The notes under the pieces were generated by a model, which was not told the origin of the DNA, did no database searches, and worked only from the letters and a program-made list of their open reading frames with translations. A program made the position numbers and the translations under genes. A stretch of 64,000 nt of DNA, taken from NCBI GenBank assembly GCA_951406725.2, contig OX597819.1, forward strand, positions 34,596,001-34,660,000, given 5' to 3'. Each line of letters opens with the position of its first letter. The first letter of the stretch is position 1. Source of the DNA: Octopus vulgaris (lineage: Eukaryota). Positions 13,614-27,099 of the stretch are shown here, piece by piece.

Positions 13614-13999
13614 ACACACACAAACATGACAACTACAATACCACACACACACACAAACATGACAACTACAATACCACACACACACACACACACACAAACA
13701 TGACAACTACAATACCACACACACACACACACACACACAAACATGACAACTACAATACCACACACACACACACAAACATGACAACTACAATACCACACAC
13801 ACACAAACATGACAACTACAATACCACACACATACACACACAAACATGACAACTACAATACCACACACACACACACACAAACATGACAACTACAATACCA
13901 CACACACACACACAAACATGACAACTACAATACCACACACACACACACAAACATGACAACTACAATACCACACACACACAAACATGACAACTACAATAC

Positions 14000-14020
<21 letters not shown>
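13614..14020. repeat. Minisatellite: 11 x aaacatgacaactacaatacc separated by variable (AC)n
   Basis: Direct count of units. Confidence 0.95.
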
Positions 14021-14030
<10 letters not shown>

Positions 14031-14322
14031 GCACACACACACACACATACACACACACATGACTTGCATGTATTTCGCTCTTAATGTTTGGGTCTTGAAA
14101 GAGGAGTGTCAACTTAATGTATAGCATGACAATTTGAAGACATTTAAAACAGTTTTTGCTTTATAAATGTGTCTATGTCTCCTCCCACACATTTATCTAT
14201 TTTTATATCTATGTCTATCCCTGCCTATCTGTGACCTACGAGTACACACTCATACACACACATGCACACACACACAATCAGAAACAAAACAGATAAACAC
14301 AGATACAATCACACACATACAT

Positions 14323-14371
<49 letters not shown>

Positions 14372-14372
<1 letters not shown>

Positions 14373-14585
14373 TCTTTACTCTTTTACTTGTTTCAGTCAT
14401 TTGACTGCAGCCATGCTGGAGCACCGCCTTTAGTCAAGCAAATCGACCCCGGGACTTATTCTTTGTAAGCCCAGTACTTATTCTATCGGTCTCTTTTGCC
14501 GAACCGCTAAGTGACGGGGACGTAAACACACCAGCATCGGTTGTCAAGCAATGCTAGAGGGACAAACACAGACACACAAACATAT

Positions 14586-14620
<35 letters not shown>

Positions 14621-14792
14621 GATATACACGACAGGCTTCTTTCAGTTTCCGTCTACCAAATCCACTCACAAGGCATTGGTCGACCCGAGGCTATAGCAGA
14701 AGACACTTGCCCAAGATGCCATGCAGTGGGACTGAACCCGGAACCATGTGGTTGGTAAGCAAGCTACTTACCACACAGCCACTCCTGTGCCT
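14372..14792 (-). mobile_element. SINE family C, full length
   Basis: Reverse complement of 15031-15426. Confidence 0.9.
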
Positions 14793-14828
14793 ATAAGTCA
14801 CTCCACAAAATTTAACTGTGCAAGTTAA

Positions 14829-15442
14829 CTCATCAGCATTCAGATTGCTCTGTCAAAGGTAATGCATATTTATTCACACTGTCTTGCATTAATTATACAT
14901 TATCTTATAGCTTTGAGATTTCAATGATGCAGGTGTTTATTTTTAGAATGACATTGTTGATTAAGTGTGAGAGGCCAGACCTGGCTGGTTTGAACGTAGA
15001 ACAATAATTCGGGCTGATATGACCAGTTTAGGCGCAGGAGTGGCTGTGTGGTAAGTAGCTTGCTAACCAACCACGTGGTTCCGGGTTCAGTCCCACTGCG
15101 TGGCATCTTGGGCAAGTGTCTTCTGCTATAGCCCCGGGCTGACCAATGCCTTGTGAGTGGATTTGGTAGACGGAAACTGATAGAAGCCTGTCGTATATAT
15201 GTATATATATATATGTGTGTGTATGTGTGTGTGTTTGTCCCCCTAGCATTGCTTGACAACTGATGCTGGTGTGTTTACGTCCCCGTCACTTAGCGGTTCG
15301 GCAAAAAGAGACCGATAGAATAAGTACTGGGCTTACAAAGAATAAGTTCCGGGGTCGAGTTGCCCAACTAAAGGCGGTGCTCCAGCATGGCCGCAGTCAA
15401 CTGACTGAAACAATTAAGTAAAAGAGTTTAAATGCTAATGGG
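14829..15442 (-). mobile_element. TTAA MITE with a full SINE family C copy inserted (15031-15426, +)
   Basis: TTAA at 14825 and 15443; the SINE is flanked by a short agttta duplication. Confidence 0.8.
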
Positions 15443-15712
15443 TTAAGGACCTGGACAATTTGTGAGTTCAAAATCTTAAGACTACAGCTATTACTGTGAA
15501 CTAATAAATTCTGCTCGTCTCCGTCTGTTCAATTAACAAAGAGATCCAATACATTTTTGATTCAATAAATAGTTGTAAGAAAAGTATTTAATATCATAAA
15601 AAAGCTCCAACTGTAACAATATGCATACTTGTAAGGATCCTCCCACCTGGGCTATTATATTTATATATATATACATACACACACACATATACATGCATAA
15701 TGTGTGTATTGC

Positions 15713-15743
<31 letters not shown>

Positions 15744-15789
15744 CATACACAGACTCACATACATAATGTGTAAATAGATATTTTTATAC

Positions 15790-16379
15790 GCATATCTATA
15801 GACATTATATTTTTTTATTTCAGTCATTTGACTGCAGCCATGCTACAGCACTGCCTTTAGTCAAACAAATCAACCCCAGGACTTATTCTTTGTAAGCCTA
15901 GTACTTATTATAAAGGTTTCTTTTGTCGAACCGCTAAGTTACGGGGAACAAAAACAAACCAACATTAGTTGTCAAGCAATGGTGGGGGGACAAACACAGA
16001 CACATAAACTCACATGCTATATATATATATATATATATACAACAGGCTTCTTTCAGTTTCTGTCTACCAAATCCCCAAAAAATTCAAGGTAAATTTTTCA
16101 TCAGGTGTGCCAGTCAGAAATTCCCATGGGCTGTAGTAGTTCACTCATAACGTTCCATTTACCTTTTACTTGTTTCAATCATTAGATACTGGCCATACTG
16201 GAGCACCACCTTGAAGAACTTTTAGTCAAAGGAATTGACCCCAATACCTTTTCCTTTTTTTAAGCTTGGTATTTATTCTATCAGTCTCTTTTGCTGAACT
16301 ACTAAGTTATGGGGGACATAAACACAATAACGCTGGTTGTGAAGCAGTGGTGGGAAACAAACACAAAGACACACACACA

Positions 16380-16423
<44 letters not shown>

Positions 16424-16935
16424 CGCGTGCACACACACACACACACACGCACACACACACACATGTATATATACAACAGGCTTCTTTCAGTTTCCGTCTA
16501 CCAAATCCATTCACAAAGTTTTGATCAGCCCAAGGCTACAGAAGAAGACACTTGCCTAAGGCACTGCACAGTGGAATTGAACCCAGAACCATGTGGTTGG
16601 GAAGCAAGCTTTTTACCACACAGCCACGCCTGTGCCTATGTAGACTTTTATACTTAACCGTTCACTCTTAAAGTCACTGGATCGCAGCCATGCTGGAGTA
16701 CCACCTTGAAGGGTTTTAGTCAAATGAATCAACCCCAGTGCATATTGTTTTTAAGGCTGCTACTTATTACATTGGTTTCATTTGCCAAACCACTAAGTTA
16801 CAGGGGTGTAAACAAACCAATACTGGTTGCCAAGAAGTGATGGGGAAGAAAGATACACACATACAAACATATATATATAACAGGCTTCTTTCAGTTTCCT
16901 TCTATCAAATCCACTCACAATACTTTGGTCGGCCA
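15790..16935 (-). mobile_element. Cluster of three SINE family C copies (15790-16075, 16160-16637, 16670-16935)
   Basis: Each matches the family C tail and body in reverse. Confidence 0.8.
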
Positions 16936-17184
16936 GCAAATCTGTGTTTATATCTAAGATTTCTGACAATTTGATTGATGTGAGCCATTAAACATCCTTT
17001 GTTCCATTGTGTTACCATTTTTGTCAATAATCCATGAGATCGATATTAAAACCAATTGTTATTTTACAGTTTTAAAAAAATGAAAATTAAGGGTGGATGG
17101 TTATAATTTGACATCTTTGATCCTATCATGTCTAACCTAGGACATAACAGCATTGTGTTTGGTTTTATAGCATCGTTCATCAGT

Positions 17185-17835
17185 ATTATCATCATTGTCA
17201 TCGCTTAACATCTGCTTTCCATTCTGGCATGAATTGGACAGTTTGACATGAGCTGTCGAGACTCCAACTGTCTGTTGTAGCATGATTTTTACAGTTGGAT
17301 GCCCTTCCTAATGCCAATCACTTAACAGAGTGTGCTGGGTGCTTATTACATGCCACCAGCACAGGTGCATTAATGCAGCACCAGCACAGGTGTGTTAATA
17401 CAGCACCAGCTTTTTAAGTGGCACTAGCACCTGAAAGGACAAGCTTCTATGTGTGGAAGACAGCAGTTTTACTTAGCTCGACATGTCTTATCAAGTACAG
17501 TACAGCAAATCCCCACATTCTCTTGGTCTTCTGTCATCTCCTTAGTGAGGCTCAGCATCCAAAGATCTTTTCTTGCAACTTTGTCCCATGTCTTCCTGGG
17601 TCTACACCCCTTCCACAGATACCCTCCACAATTAGAGGTTGGCACTTCTTTATGCAGCTGTCCTCATCCATACACATCACATGACCAAACCACATGACCA
17701 CAGTCTTCTCTCTTGCATACAACATCCGATGCCTCTTATACCCAGTATTTTTCTTAAATCACTTACACTCTGTTGTGCATGCACACTGACATTACCCATC
17801 CAGTGGAGTATGCTAGCTTAATTTCTTTCAAGCCT
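17185..17835 (-). mobile_element. Diverged RTE LINE 3' end including decayed ORF C-terminus
   Basis: 17540-17835 parallels 50140-50430. Confidence 0.75.
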
Positions 17836-18591
17836 TCTTTTAAAAAGTTCATCATGGGTTGTCTAGGAGTTGAATACAAGAAAACAACAACAAAGTTACA
17901 GAATAGAAGAAACTTTGTAACTGGTAAACAATTTGGTTGAAAAACAGAATCATCATTATCATCATCATCGTTTTTTTAACATTCACTTTTCCATACTTGC
18001 ATGGTTTCAATAGAATTTATTGAAACAGGCTTTCTACAGCCAGATTTCTCCTCCTGTTACCAACTTTCAGCTGTTTCCAAGCAAGGTAATATTTCCCCAT
18101 AACCAGATGCGTTTCCGTGGGATATTGGAGAAGTGATTGACGTTCATTTACAAAAATCATGCAAATTCAAGACAAGGAAACACACACACAACGTTCTTTT
18201 CAGTTTACATCTACCAAATCTATTCACAAGGCTTTGACCAGCCTGATGCTAATATTTTCCTGTTTCATTCATCATTATCCACAGGGAGTTTAGTATTTAC
18301 CTGTTTCAATAGTAATTACAAACCATATCTGGTCTCTTAAATTGTATCATTCCTTTTTTGCTTCATAAATCTACTGCAATGGTTTCTAATATAGAACTTT
18401 GGTATTATTACATTTCCTGAATTAAGACCATGTCTTGAAGTTAATGATGATGATCATGATGATGTGTGTATTGAGATACTGCTCATAGATTTTATAATAT
18501 AGGACCAGGTCAGACTGATATCGATTTTTATCTAGTCTGTTGCTAAATATTTTAGTAAGTTTCAAAAAGTTCTCCTTTCCTGCACATACAT

Positions 18592-18626
<35 letters not shown>

Positions 18627-19029
18627 GCTTGAAATTTTATTTTGGAATATGGCAAAATTAATTGTTGCAATTTTATATTTCACTTTTATTTATATCTGGT
18701 TCTGTAGAAAGACTGGTGTTTTGTAAATGAGGACATTATTGTAATATTAGAAAACAGTAGTTTGGTTAAAGGAATTGTTCAAATGTCAGATAAATACCTC
18801 GTACTAACTGCTCTCACTTTGTGCTCTGAGTTCAAATCCCACTGCAGTCAACTTCACCTTTATCCTTCTAGAGTCAATAAATAAAGAACTGGTCATAAGC
18901 TAGGATTGATCCATCACTATTGTGGTATTGTATTGGCTGCACTCTGTTGTGATCTGGGTCGTGAAGGGCCACTCACAGTGTACCATATCCCTAAGAAGTG
19001 GAAGAGGATAGAATGTGGAATCAACAACC

Positions 19030-19270
19030 TCTTTTCAACAAGTTTGGGTATTGAACTCATGATTGTAAGATTTTGGTTTCGATTCCTGGTCTGGGCAATG
19101 TGTTGTGTTCTTGAGAAAAACACTTCATTTCATGTTTCTCCAGTCCACTCAGCTGGCAAAAATGAGTAATCCTGTGACAGACTGGTTTCCCTACCAGGTG
19201 GGGAATAGATATTTCCATAGAAACTGGGAAACTACCCTTATGAGTTGGCATAATTTGAGAAGGTAACTTC
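19030..19270 (+). mobile_element. Diverged SINE with family A body and family E-like tail
   Basis: Body tgttgtgttcttgag...ctccagtccactcagctg followed by cctgtgacagactgg...ggtgggga...gaaactgggaaac...cccttatgag. Confidence 0.6.
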
Positions 19271-20364
19271 ACTTCTTCTTCAACCCCTTTTCAACTAGTA
19301 TCCTATGAAAGCTGTCCAAAGAACCCAGTAGACAACGGTGGGCAAAGATGGATGAATGTGCAGTAAGGAACAGAACTCAGTACACCACAGTGCATATGAA
19401 TGGATCAATGTGCTGTGTGATACTGTATAGGCAAAAATACTAAGAGCTGCTGTTTAGCCTTAACTATGACCATTCCATTTTGTATTTATATATTAGTCAA
19501 TGTGTCCTTTTTTTTGTCCCCCAAGATGGCAGGATACCATTTGAGGAATATTTTGCTATTATTTCTTGAAGGTCACTGACCATGTGGAGGTTTCATCATC
19601 AGGCATAACTGGATGTCTTTCCTACTAGAAGACATTTAAGATCTGAAATCAGAGTTACCTACATTGTCAACCAGGCAGACATCTACCAGAAACTCCTTTC
19701 TGAAGCTGGTGTGTTCCCTGTTGTCAACCAGGAAGATTGCTCATTTGTGAACAGGTGAGTATTTCTACCACTGAGCCGCCGATACAATAATAAATGTTTT
19801 GGTTTCACAGTATATTTGTGTTACAATGTTATTAACATTGTTTTCCGTTTTTCTTTGTTGGATATTTTAATCATTTCTTATAATTTCTTTATTCCTAACT
19901 TTTCACAGTTTCTGTAAAAAGCAGACAGTAAGTGAGTAGAAAAAGTGAATACTTTCTGCTAATAACGGTCACTGATAACAATAATGAATGACAGTATCTG
20001 CAAACGGTGCCATGATGCAGATTAGTGGGGAGCCAGAGTGTAAAGAATTCTGATAACATGAACGAAATTTGAACAGGAAACAAGGCAAAGAATGATGGAA
20101 ATGAAGAAAAAAACAAAGATATTTCCCCATACCGTATCATAGCAGTGAGGCAAAGCTGACGTTAAACTAATGAAAGTTGATAATTATGATAAAATGGCTA
20201 CTTTCTTTCAGCTATTTTCACAACCATTGTTATAAATCTATTTTGGTTTCTACTAGAAATATTGTTGGAGTTCTTCACAAGAAGAAGAAAAAACATTTTG
20301 TTCAGAAACAGTAACAATTTTATTTAACGTCTTTTTGTATCTCACACATCCAACAAAGATTATG

Positions 20365-20431
<67 letters not shown>

Positions 20432-20529
20432 GTTACAATCAATGTGTTGTACACATTGGACCTCTTACTTCTATCGTTCATCACATTTCTGTCAACACAG
20501 AATATAAATCTAGCCAGGTGAGATATTTG

Positions 20530-21075
20530 TAGATTTGCTGTGCTCGTGGAGACACATCAAGCTAAATGAAATCATAACTGTAGCCAGTGCTGCCGCCACA
20601 TAAAAGGCACCTGTGCCAATGACACATAATAGGGCACCTGTGCTGGTGACATGTAAAAGGGCACCTGTGCTGGTGACACATAATAGAGCACCTGTGCTGG
20701 TAACATGTAAAAGGGCACTTGTGCCAGTGACACATAAAAGGACACCCATGCTGATGGCATGTAGAAGGGCACACATGTTGGTGGCACATAAAAGGGCGCC
20801 CATACCAGTGACATGCAAAAGGCACCTGTGCCAGATACATTTAAGAGGCATCCATGCGAGTGACACGTAAAAGACACCTAGTACACACCGTAAAGTGGTT
20901 AGCATTAGATAGGGCTTCAAGCTATAGAAACCAAGCCAAAACAGATAACTGAAGCATTGGAGCAGCTCTCCAGGTTACCAGCTCCAGTCAGATTGTCTAA
21001 CCCATGCCAGCATGTAAAACGGATGTTAAATGATGAAGATGATGATGATGATGATGAGAATGATGAGAATGATGA
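20530..21075 (+). mobile_element. RTE LINE 3' UTR with expanded ~27-bp subrepeat
   Basis: About 10 units of gcacctgtgctggtgacacataaaagg, then the standard 3' end and (GAT)n tail. Confidence 0.8.
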
Positions 21076-21185
21076 TAGATTCTATAAAATACCAGTGATA
21101 TACAGAGTTATGATCACTTAACAATTCCCCTCTTTTATCCAGGTATCTCTTTCACACACACTCATCTCCATATGTTAGTTATCAA

Positions 21186-21222
<37 letters not shown>

Positions 21223-21531
21223 TTATGTTTCCTTATTGTATGACCACTGTCCAACCAAACAGATACTGGTGGTTAACCTGTGCACACTATAAGATACTTA
21301 TTTTGTAATACCATACTCTCCCTCTCACATATAACATACTCTTTTACAATATGCTCCTACACACAGTCCATATACTCTCTCTCTCTCTCACTCTTACACA
21401 CACACACACACACACACAATATGTACTCTATCCACACACTCGCATAATACACTATATTTGTTATACTATTCTCTCCTCACCATACAGTTCACACACACAT
21501 ACACACACATTATGTACTCTACCCAGCTCCA

Positions 21532-21735
21532 TCTGGCACCTGTGCGGGTGGCACGTAAAAAGCACCCACTACACTCTCGGAGTGGTTGGCGTTAGGAAGG
21601 GCATCCAGCCGTAGAAACACTGCCAGATCAGACTGGGACTGAAGCAGCCTTCTGGCTTCACAGACCCCAGCTGAACTGTCCAACCCATGCTAGCATGGAA
21701 AGCGGACGTTAAATGATGATGATGATGATGATGAT
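21532..21735 (+). mobile_element. RTE LINE 3' end
   Basis: Family 3' terminus with (GAT)n. Confidence 0.85.
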
Positions 21736-22778
21736 CCACACACTCGCATGATATACTTCATACTTGTTTCACTATACTCCCCCATACAGTTCATACGCAC
21801 AAAGATACACTTTGTTATACTATACACCATACCCCCATACACAGTAATACACTTCCACACACACTTAAATACTCCCAACACAGTCCATATACTCTCCCCC
21901 ACACACACACACACACACATACACACATATACTCTGCTATACTCCATCCTTCGCTACTGCATGGCCACTGTCCAGCTAAACAGAAGCCAGTCTATCAATT
22001 AACTGAGTTAATGTATCAAGTACAGACATCTAACCTCAAAACACAATCGATGTCTTAACTGCTAAATCAATCAAAAGTCAGCCATGAAACACCGTTTCGG
22101 CAGAAACCACCAGCAATCAGCACCAACACAAGGCCTTAGGTCAGTTAAGATTAGCTTAGTTCCCTCACTGACACAGTTTTCTGTCTGTGTTCAGATCTCA
22201 CAATGTAACACCACAGCATGTTGAAAACCAGCCATCTGATCTGCTAGAAATAGCAGCCAAATCTCCCTTAAACTATATTCTACAGCCTTAACAAAAGAAC
22301 ATGTTGCATGAGGTAGTGTAAGTTAGAAGGATATATGTTCCTGAAAAAAAAAAAGATAAAGGGTAAAGACAACAGTCGTAGCTACACAACTTTTCAGTCA
22401 TTAGTCACCATAACCAGGACAATTTAGGGTTAACAAGAACAGCAGTAGTGACCAGATAATAGGTGTGCATAATCAGGGTTGACCTGGGGCTGAATAACTA
22501 CAACTGGGAATAAAGTTGAAATTATTCAATTAAATAAAAATAAAAACATCCGTTTCCACTGAACTACATTTCTAACCTGGTTCTTATTGTCAGTATATAA
22601 ATAGACTGTTTTTGTGAAATATTCTTGGGAAATTTATCCATGACATGCAATTTCTGAAGATTAAATTTTTACCATAGTAAGATGTTTGGGTGAATTCCAT
22701 TGTTACACAGAAAACAGGGTTTATTGTCTTGCCGGTGTTGTGTTACAAAGACTGGGTTCATTTAATAGCCCAAATGTA

Positions 22779-22996
22779 TGAGGGGAAGCTGGAAAGTTCC
22801 TTGCTTTAAGGGTATCATGAAAGGCTTGATTGGAGGCCCAACCTTATGAGTACTTTTACAGGGCTTAGAAAAACTGAAGGACCACTGCAATAAGTGTGTG
22901 GATCTGAGAGGGGAATATGTTGAATAAAATCATAATTAACTGATACTCCTGTATTTTCTTTTACCCAAAGCTAGGAAACTTGTCAGCACATTCTCA
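22779..22996 (+). mobile_element. Mariner-derived internally deleted element/MITE
   Basis: TA flanks and imperfect TIRs; retains a mariner C-terminal relic GLEKLKDHCNKCVDLRGEYVE*. Confidence 0.8.
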
Positions 22997-23349
22997 TAAA
23001 TCTTATAAAGAACAAAGGGTTAATCCACTAGCCCACTATTGTTGTGTCACAAAGATATGGTTCATTTATTAGCCCACCATTGCTATGATACAAAGAAGTC
23101 ATGGTTAATCTTTCAGTCCACCATTTTTGTGCTACATAGAAGGCAGAGTTAATGTTGAGAACATCCGTGCTTTACCTTTGTCTCTTGAGTCAGATATATT
23201 TTACAGAATATTAATCAACACCAACCAAATTGATTTTTATCTTTCTTCAGCATAGAATAAATGAATAATTAATAATGTGGTAGTCTTGCATAGGACTGCC
23301 ACATTGCATTGGCAAATGGACTTTACTATATATATATATGTGTGTGTAT

Positions 23350-23404
<55 letters not shown>

Positions 23405-23405
23405 T

Positions 23406-23795
23406 GGAGGCACATGGCTAGTGGTTAGAGCAGCAGACACACAGTCGAGGGATCATGGGTTCGAATCTCAGACCGGGCGATGTGTGTTTATGTGGAGGCA
23501 CATGGCCTAGTGGTTAGAGCAGAGAACTTGCAGTCGAGGGATCACAGGTTCAAATCTCAGACCAGGTGATATGTGTGTTTATGAGCGAAACACCTAAGCT
23601 CCATGTGGCTCCGGCAGAAGGTAATGGCAAACTTCTGCTGACTCTTTCACCACAACTTTCTCTCACTCTTTCCTCCTGCATCTTGCAGCACACCTGCAAC
23701 GGATTGGCATCCCATCCAGGTGGGGAACCTATATGCCAAGGAAACTGAGAAACTGGCCCTAATGAGCCAGGCATGGCTCAAGAAGGAACAAACAA
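23406..23795 (+). mobile_element. tRNA-derived SINE family E with tandemly duplicated head
   Basis: Two tRNA-like heads (23406-23490 and from 23494); body matches 61614-61920. Confidence 0.88.
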
Positions 23796-24069
23796 TATAT
23801 ATATATATGAGCAAAACACCCCCACCCCCCATCCAATGGATGGTGCTGTGTTGTCAAACATTTAAACCAAATTTTCTCAAAACAATTTGTCCGACCGTCC
23901 CATAGCCCTCCCCTTTGAGAAACACTGATTTAACCTAAATTTGAGACACTAGCAAAAGAAGAAATAAAGATAGACTTTTATTCTATTCCAAAGAAAAACG
24001 ATTTTATTCACACAAATAAGAGTTTAAAGTACCAGTAATGATAAGGCTGTTGACTGGGAGAACACAAAC

Positions 24070-24350
24070 ATGGTTTAAACAGTAAGCTTGGCAGGAAAGA
24101 AACATGCCTTTAAGCAGTACAAAAAAAAAATGGAAGGTAGAGTTATATACAGGTCGACAGAAGAAAAGCAGGACGAAAACGGCTTTATCGATCGCATTCT
24201 CACCTGGAATCGAGTTTTGTAATTTTTTCAAGACTTATACATGCCCTGATACCATTGGTATCTATATATCAAGTTTGAGTGCAATCGGATGGAGGAAGCT
24301 GAGACCCAAGAAGACACACAGACACACAGACAGAACGGATTTTATATAAG

Positions 24351-24351
<1 letters not shown>
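24070..24351 (-). mobile_element. Probable Helitron-like element 5' portion
   Basis: Minus strand begins TCttatataaaa then tctgtctgtgtgtctg, the same style of start as 8390. The 3' end is not resolved. Confidence 0.45.
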
Positions 24352-24413
<62 letters not shown>

Positions 24414-24419
24414 TAGACA

Positions 24420-24640
24420 GATAGTGTGTTTGTCCTTGTGCCTGTCTTTGTCCTCCTTTTCCACCACTTGACTACTGGTGTTGGTGTGTTTACATCCCCA
24501 TAACTTAGCAGTTCAGCAAAAGGCACCAACAGAATAAGTACCAGGCTTAAAGAATAATGGGGTTGATTTATTCAACTAAAAGTTTTTCAAAGCAATACTC
24601 CAGCATGGCCACAGTCCAATGACTGAAAGAAGTAAGCAAA
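24420..24640 (+). mobile_element. SINE family C, 3' half
   Basis: Matches the family C tail. Confidence 0.75.
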
Positions 24641-24649
24641 AAAAATTGA

Positions 24650-24684
<35 letters not shown>

Positions 24685-24716
24685 GTATATTTGTCTTTTT
24701 TTTTTGTGAATTCTCC

Positions 24717-24796
<80 letters not shown>

Positions 24797-24817
24797 TAGA
24801 TATAGATAGAGATAGAG

Positions 24818-24872
<55 letters not shown>

Positions 24873-26720
24873 TAGATAGATAGATAGATAGATATAGATA
24901 TATACACACACACACACACATATACATACGTGCCACAGAACCTTCCAAAATTGGACACCAATGATTAAGCATTATCTAAGCTTAATAAGATTATCAGTGA
25001 AGAAAAACAACTAATATCAATGCAAGCAATTTCCGCAAACCATGAATCCCCAAACACATCATCACCAATGTGATTTAACAGTCACTTTTCTATGCTCAAA
25101 TGGGTCAGATGTATTCATTGAAGCAATTTTCAAAAGATGGATACCCTTCCTATCACCAACCCTTACTTGTTGCCAAGCAATGTAATGTTTCCCCATGACC
25201 AGACATGTTTTCACAGAAGATTGGAAACCAAGAACACTGTTTGCATGATGATGACACTAGTTCACAATTACCATGCAATGGATAAAGAGAGACAGACAGA
25301 CAGAGAAAGCCAAGGAGAATTTTCAGTGTTGCAAAGAGAAGTGTAAATAAGTGAGGGTTCTATAGAAAAGGAAGATTTTGATGTGATTTAATTCTTTAAC
25401 ACAGATTTCCTTAAGCACTGTATTCCATAAACTGGAACTCAGCAAAAATGGGATAGAAAAATTCTAGGAAAATACAGAATGTTTGAAGACCAAAGAAACA
25501 ATAAATATATTTACACAGTAATTTATATTGATACAATATTTTCTAAATCAGCTTTTAATTACTGGAATAATTCCAGAAAAAATGTAATTACACAAATTTT
25601 CCTCAAAGGAATAAACATTTTTCACAACCTGATGCTGTTTTGAAAAAAAAAGTAAAACAACTTTGTTGGAAATTCATTAAAATAAGATTTCACTATCCAT
25701 AAATGTTCATTAATTGTAGTTCCCAGTGGGATGTTAAGATTTAACAATTTCCATTGCTATATGGATGTTAGATGTTGTTGATGGTGATGATAATGATGAT
25801 GATACTCTTGTATTTATGTTATGTTTAGTGATAGTTGCAGTTTTCTTTCTTTTTAATTTGATAACACAAGGTCAATAGATCTATGTCACCGAACATGAAA
25901 TACATATATAGAGATTTATAACAGTGATATTCAATATTTCTCCTTCAAACAAATAAATACATTGCTAGCAATCACCCAGTGACCAAACAAAACTAATGTT
26001 AACAACCACTTTCATTAACTTTACAGCCAACAAAATAATGAAAATACGAAAATAATAAAATTCATTATAAATTCATAGTATGATTAACAGAAATGATTAT
26101 CTTTATGAAAAAGAAAAAAATTCAGAATATTTTTTTCTGCTACTACAACTTTGCCACTGGGTTGTAAATATTTCATTGCCAATTATATTCATTCAAGTTT
26201 TGTCTACCATAGCTCTCTTATCTCGCACAGTATGTAAGATGGCTTCAACAGTATTAAAAGTTTCTTTTGAAATAATCAACAATCCATTTGAGATTACAGA
26301 ATTTCCCAAAACAAAAAAAAAAATTAATCAACTATGCCATCTGTCGTATGAAATATACTAATAGTCTTTTTTTGTTTTGTCTTGTTTTGTTTTTTGTGTG
26401 CGTGTGACAAAGATTTAATTCTCCTCAATCTAACATCTAACACTGATTCATCAAAGTATTGATTTAACTTTTAAAACAAGTAATATCCATGTGTCACACA
26501 CTAAACACACACTATTTAAGGGAAAATATACTCAACTAATGTACATTGATGTATAATGTGTGCCATTTGCTGATGTTCAGTCTTTCTATTGTAACCTTTT
26601 AAAAACTACATCCTGAATAACTGTCCATACAACTCAGTAGGAGATAGTTTCATAATGATATGCTGGTAGGTGAAACTAATTTTGCAATTTATTCGGTATC
26701 TGTTCAATTCTTTTTCTTTA

Positions 26721-27012
26721 GTGTCTGGGGAGAGTCATTTTCTTTTTGTGCCTTATAATGTATCACACTCACCGGTAAAATATCCAATTATTTCTTATTT
26801 TTATTTTCCTAAAATTTTCGTTGCGTCAAGGTTGCAAGATGCAAAGAAAATTTTAGGAAAATAAAAAAATAAGAAAATAAGTGGAAATTTTACCGTTGAG
26901 TGTATTACATTATTAGGCACAAAAAGAAAATGACTCTCCACAGACACAACAGAATATGCTTCAACACACAAGCTCAAATAAAGAATCTTGCAAACCAAAT
27001 CCAAAAACGAAA
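26721..27012. mobile_element. Fold-back element, probable Penelope-like terminus
   Basis: 26721-26947 is an imperfect palindrome centred on an HHR-like stem II, with an asymmetric tail. Relatives at 33222-33475 and 57770-57970. Confidence 0.6.
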
Positions 27013-27068
27013 TCTTTTTCTTTACTTAACTTGACAAAAGTTCTTACCACAAACTTATAATACTTCTG

Positions 27069-27099
<31 letters not shown>

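Noticed and set aside
13614-14020. CRISPR-like repeat-spacer appearance
   Set aside because: Spacers are only (AC)n, the context is eukaryotic, and there are no cas genes.
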